DNA from: Chrysomallon squamiferum
Lineage: Eukaryota; Animalia; Mollusca
Reading direction: 5' to 3'
Length of the DNA: 64,000 nucleotides
Assembly: GCA_012295275.1 (NCBI GenBank)
Contig: CM022669.1
Location: forward strand, 17,360,001-17,424,000
Shown here piece after piece: positions 43,218-64,000 of the stretch. The notes below the pieces were generated by a model. It made no database searches. It worked only from the letters and a program-made list of their open reading frames with translations, and was not told the DNA's origin. The translations under genes were made by a program, and so were the position numbers. The stretch's first letter is position 1; each line of letters opens with the position of its first letter.

Positions 43218-43777
43218 TAATAATAGTAATAAAAATAAAAATAATAATAGTAACGATAAACTGTCAGAAAATTAAAAACATTTGTTATCATCTCTTTACT
43301 AATCTTGCATGCCGATTTCATTAAGTTAGAAACTAGGTGTCTGGAAAGTACGTTTAACCAATTCAGACAATTTTAAAATATATCAGGTAAAGAATTCCTT
43401 TTGTCCCCGACATGAACCCAGAGAGATAAACATATAAACTTGAACATATGCACTTTTGAAGGCTGTGTGTGTCTGTATGAGTAAAGTATGTGTATTTTTG
43501 TCTGTGTGTGTGTGAGTGTGTGTGTGTGTGTAATATATATGAAAGTATGTGTATGTGTATCTGTGTCTGTATGTGTGTGCATGCAAGCACACTATTATGC
43601 AGTTTGTGACAATCTAGGAGAGCTGGTGATAAAACAGTTATGTCACTATAAAAATATCTATCACAGAGCTCTCATTTTCTTTAATTGTCTTATTCCATGG
43701 CAAAACCATCAACGGTTTTCTCAAGATTCTCTATTAATGTAATGCAGAATTTGGCCTTACATGTTGTTTTATAGGAT

Positions 43778-63752
<19,975 letters not shown>

Positions 63753-64000
63753 CTGTATAGAAAGTAGCATTTACTCAGAATTCTCAGGTAGGAGAGAGAT
63801 TGCAAAGATAACTGAATTAATGAATAAATAAAAACAGCATAAAATATGAATGGCTGAATGGGAAAAAAAAAAAGAAGAAGAAATAACTAGAAAAAAAAAG
63901 TTAAAGTTAAAGTTAAAATTAATGAATAAATAAAATAAGATGTTACTATGAAGATTAAACATTAAATGAATGAGTGAATGTGTATAAATACACAATGCAT

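Overview
AT-rich, microsatellite-laden animal genomic DNA (lophotrochozoan, probably a mollusc; the taxon is inferred). Most short ORFs in the track are simple-repeat or antisense artefacts. Four spliced protein-coding genes were reconstructed by hand from GT-AG junctions and exon phases. (1) The 5' part of an X11/Mint/LIN-10 (APBA) adaptor gene on the minus strand, running off the left edge, with uORFs and an internal alternative first coding exon. (2) A complete 13-exon EEF2 gene on the plus strand with a TCT/5'TOP-type start. (3) A 22-exon minus-strand gene (about 1745 aa) with the architecture [about six two-exon helical cassettes]-ARM/HEAT-like-coiled coil-Death-TIR-TIR-repetitive basic tail. 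Both TIRs keep the NADase-type glutamate, and the Death exon carries a 1-nt frameshift. (4) The 3' part of an LRRK1-like ROCO kinase (ANK-LRR-Roc-COR-kinase-WD40-like) on the minus strand, with non-canonical Roc motifs and a large PxxPxR-rich insertion. The best candidate for an undescribed system is gene 3, possibly together with the adjacent ROCO kinase. No database searches were run.
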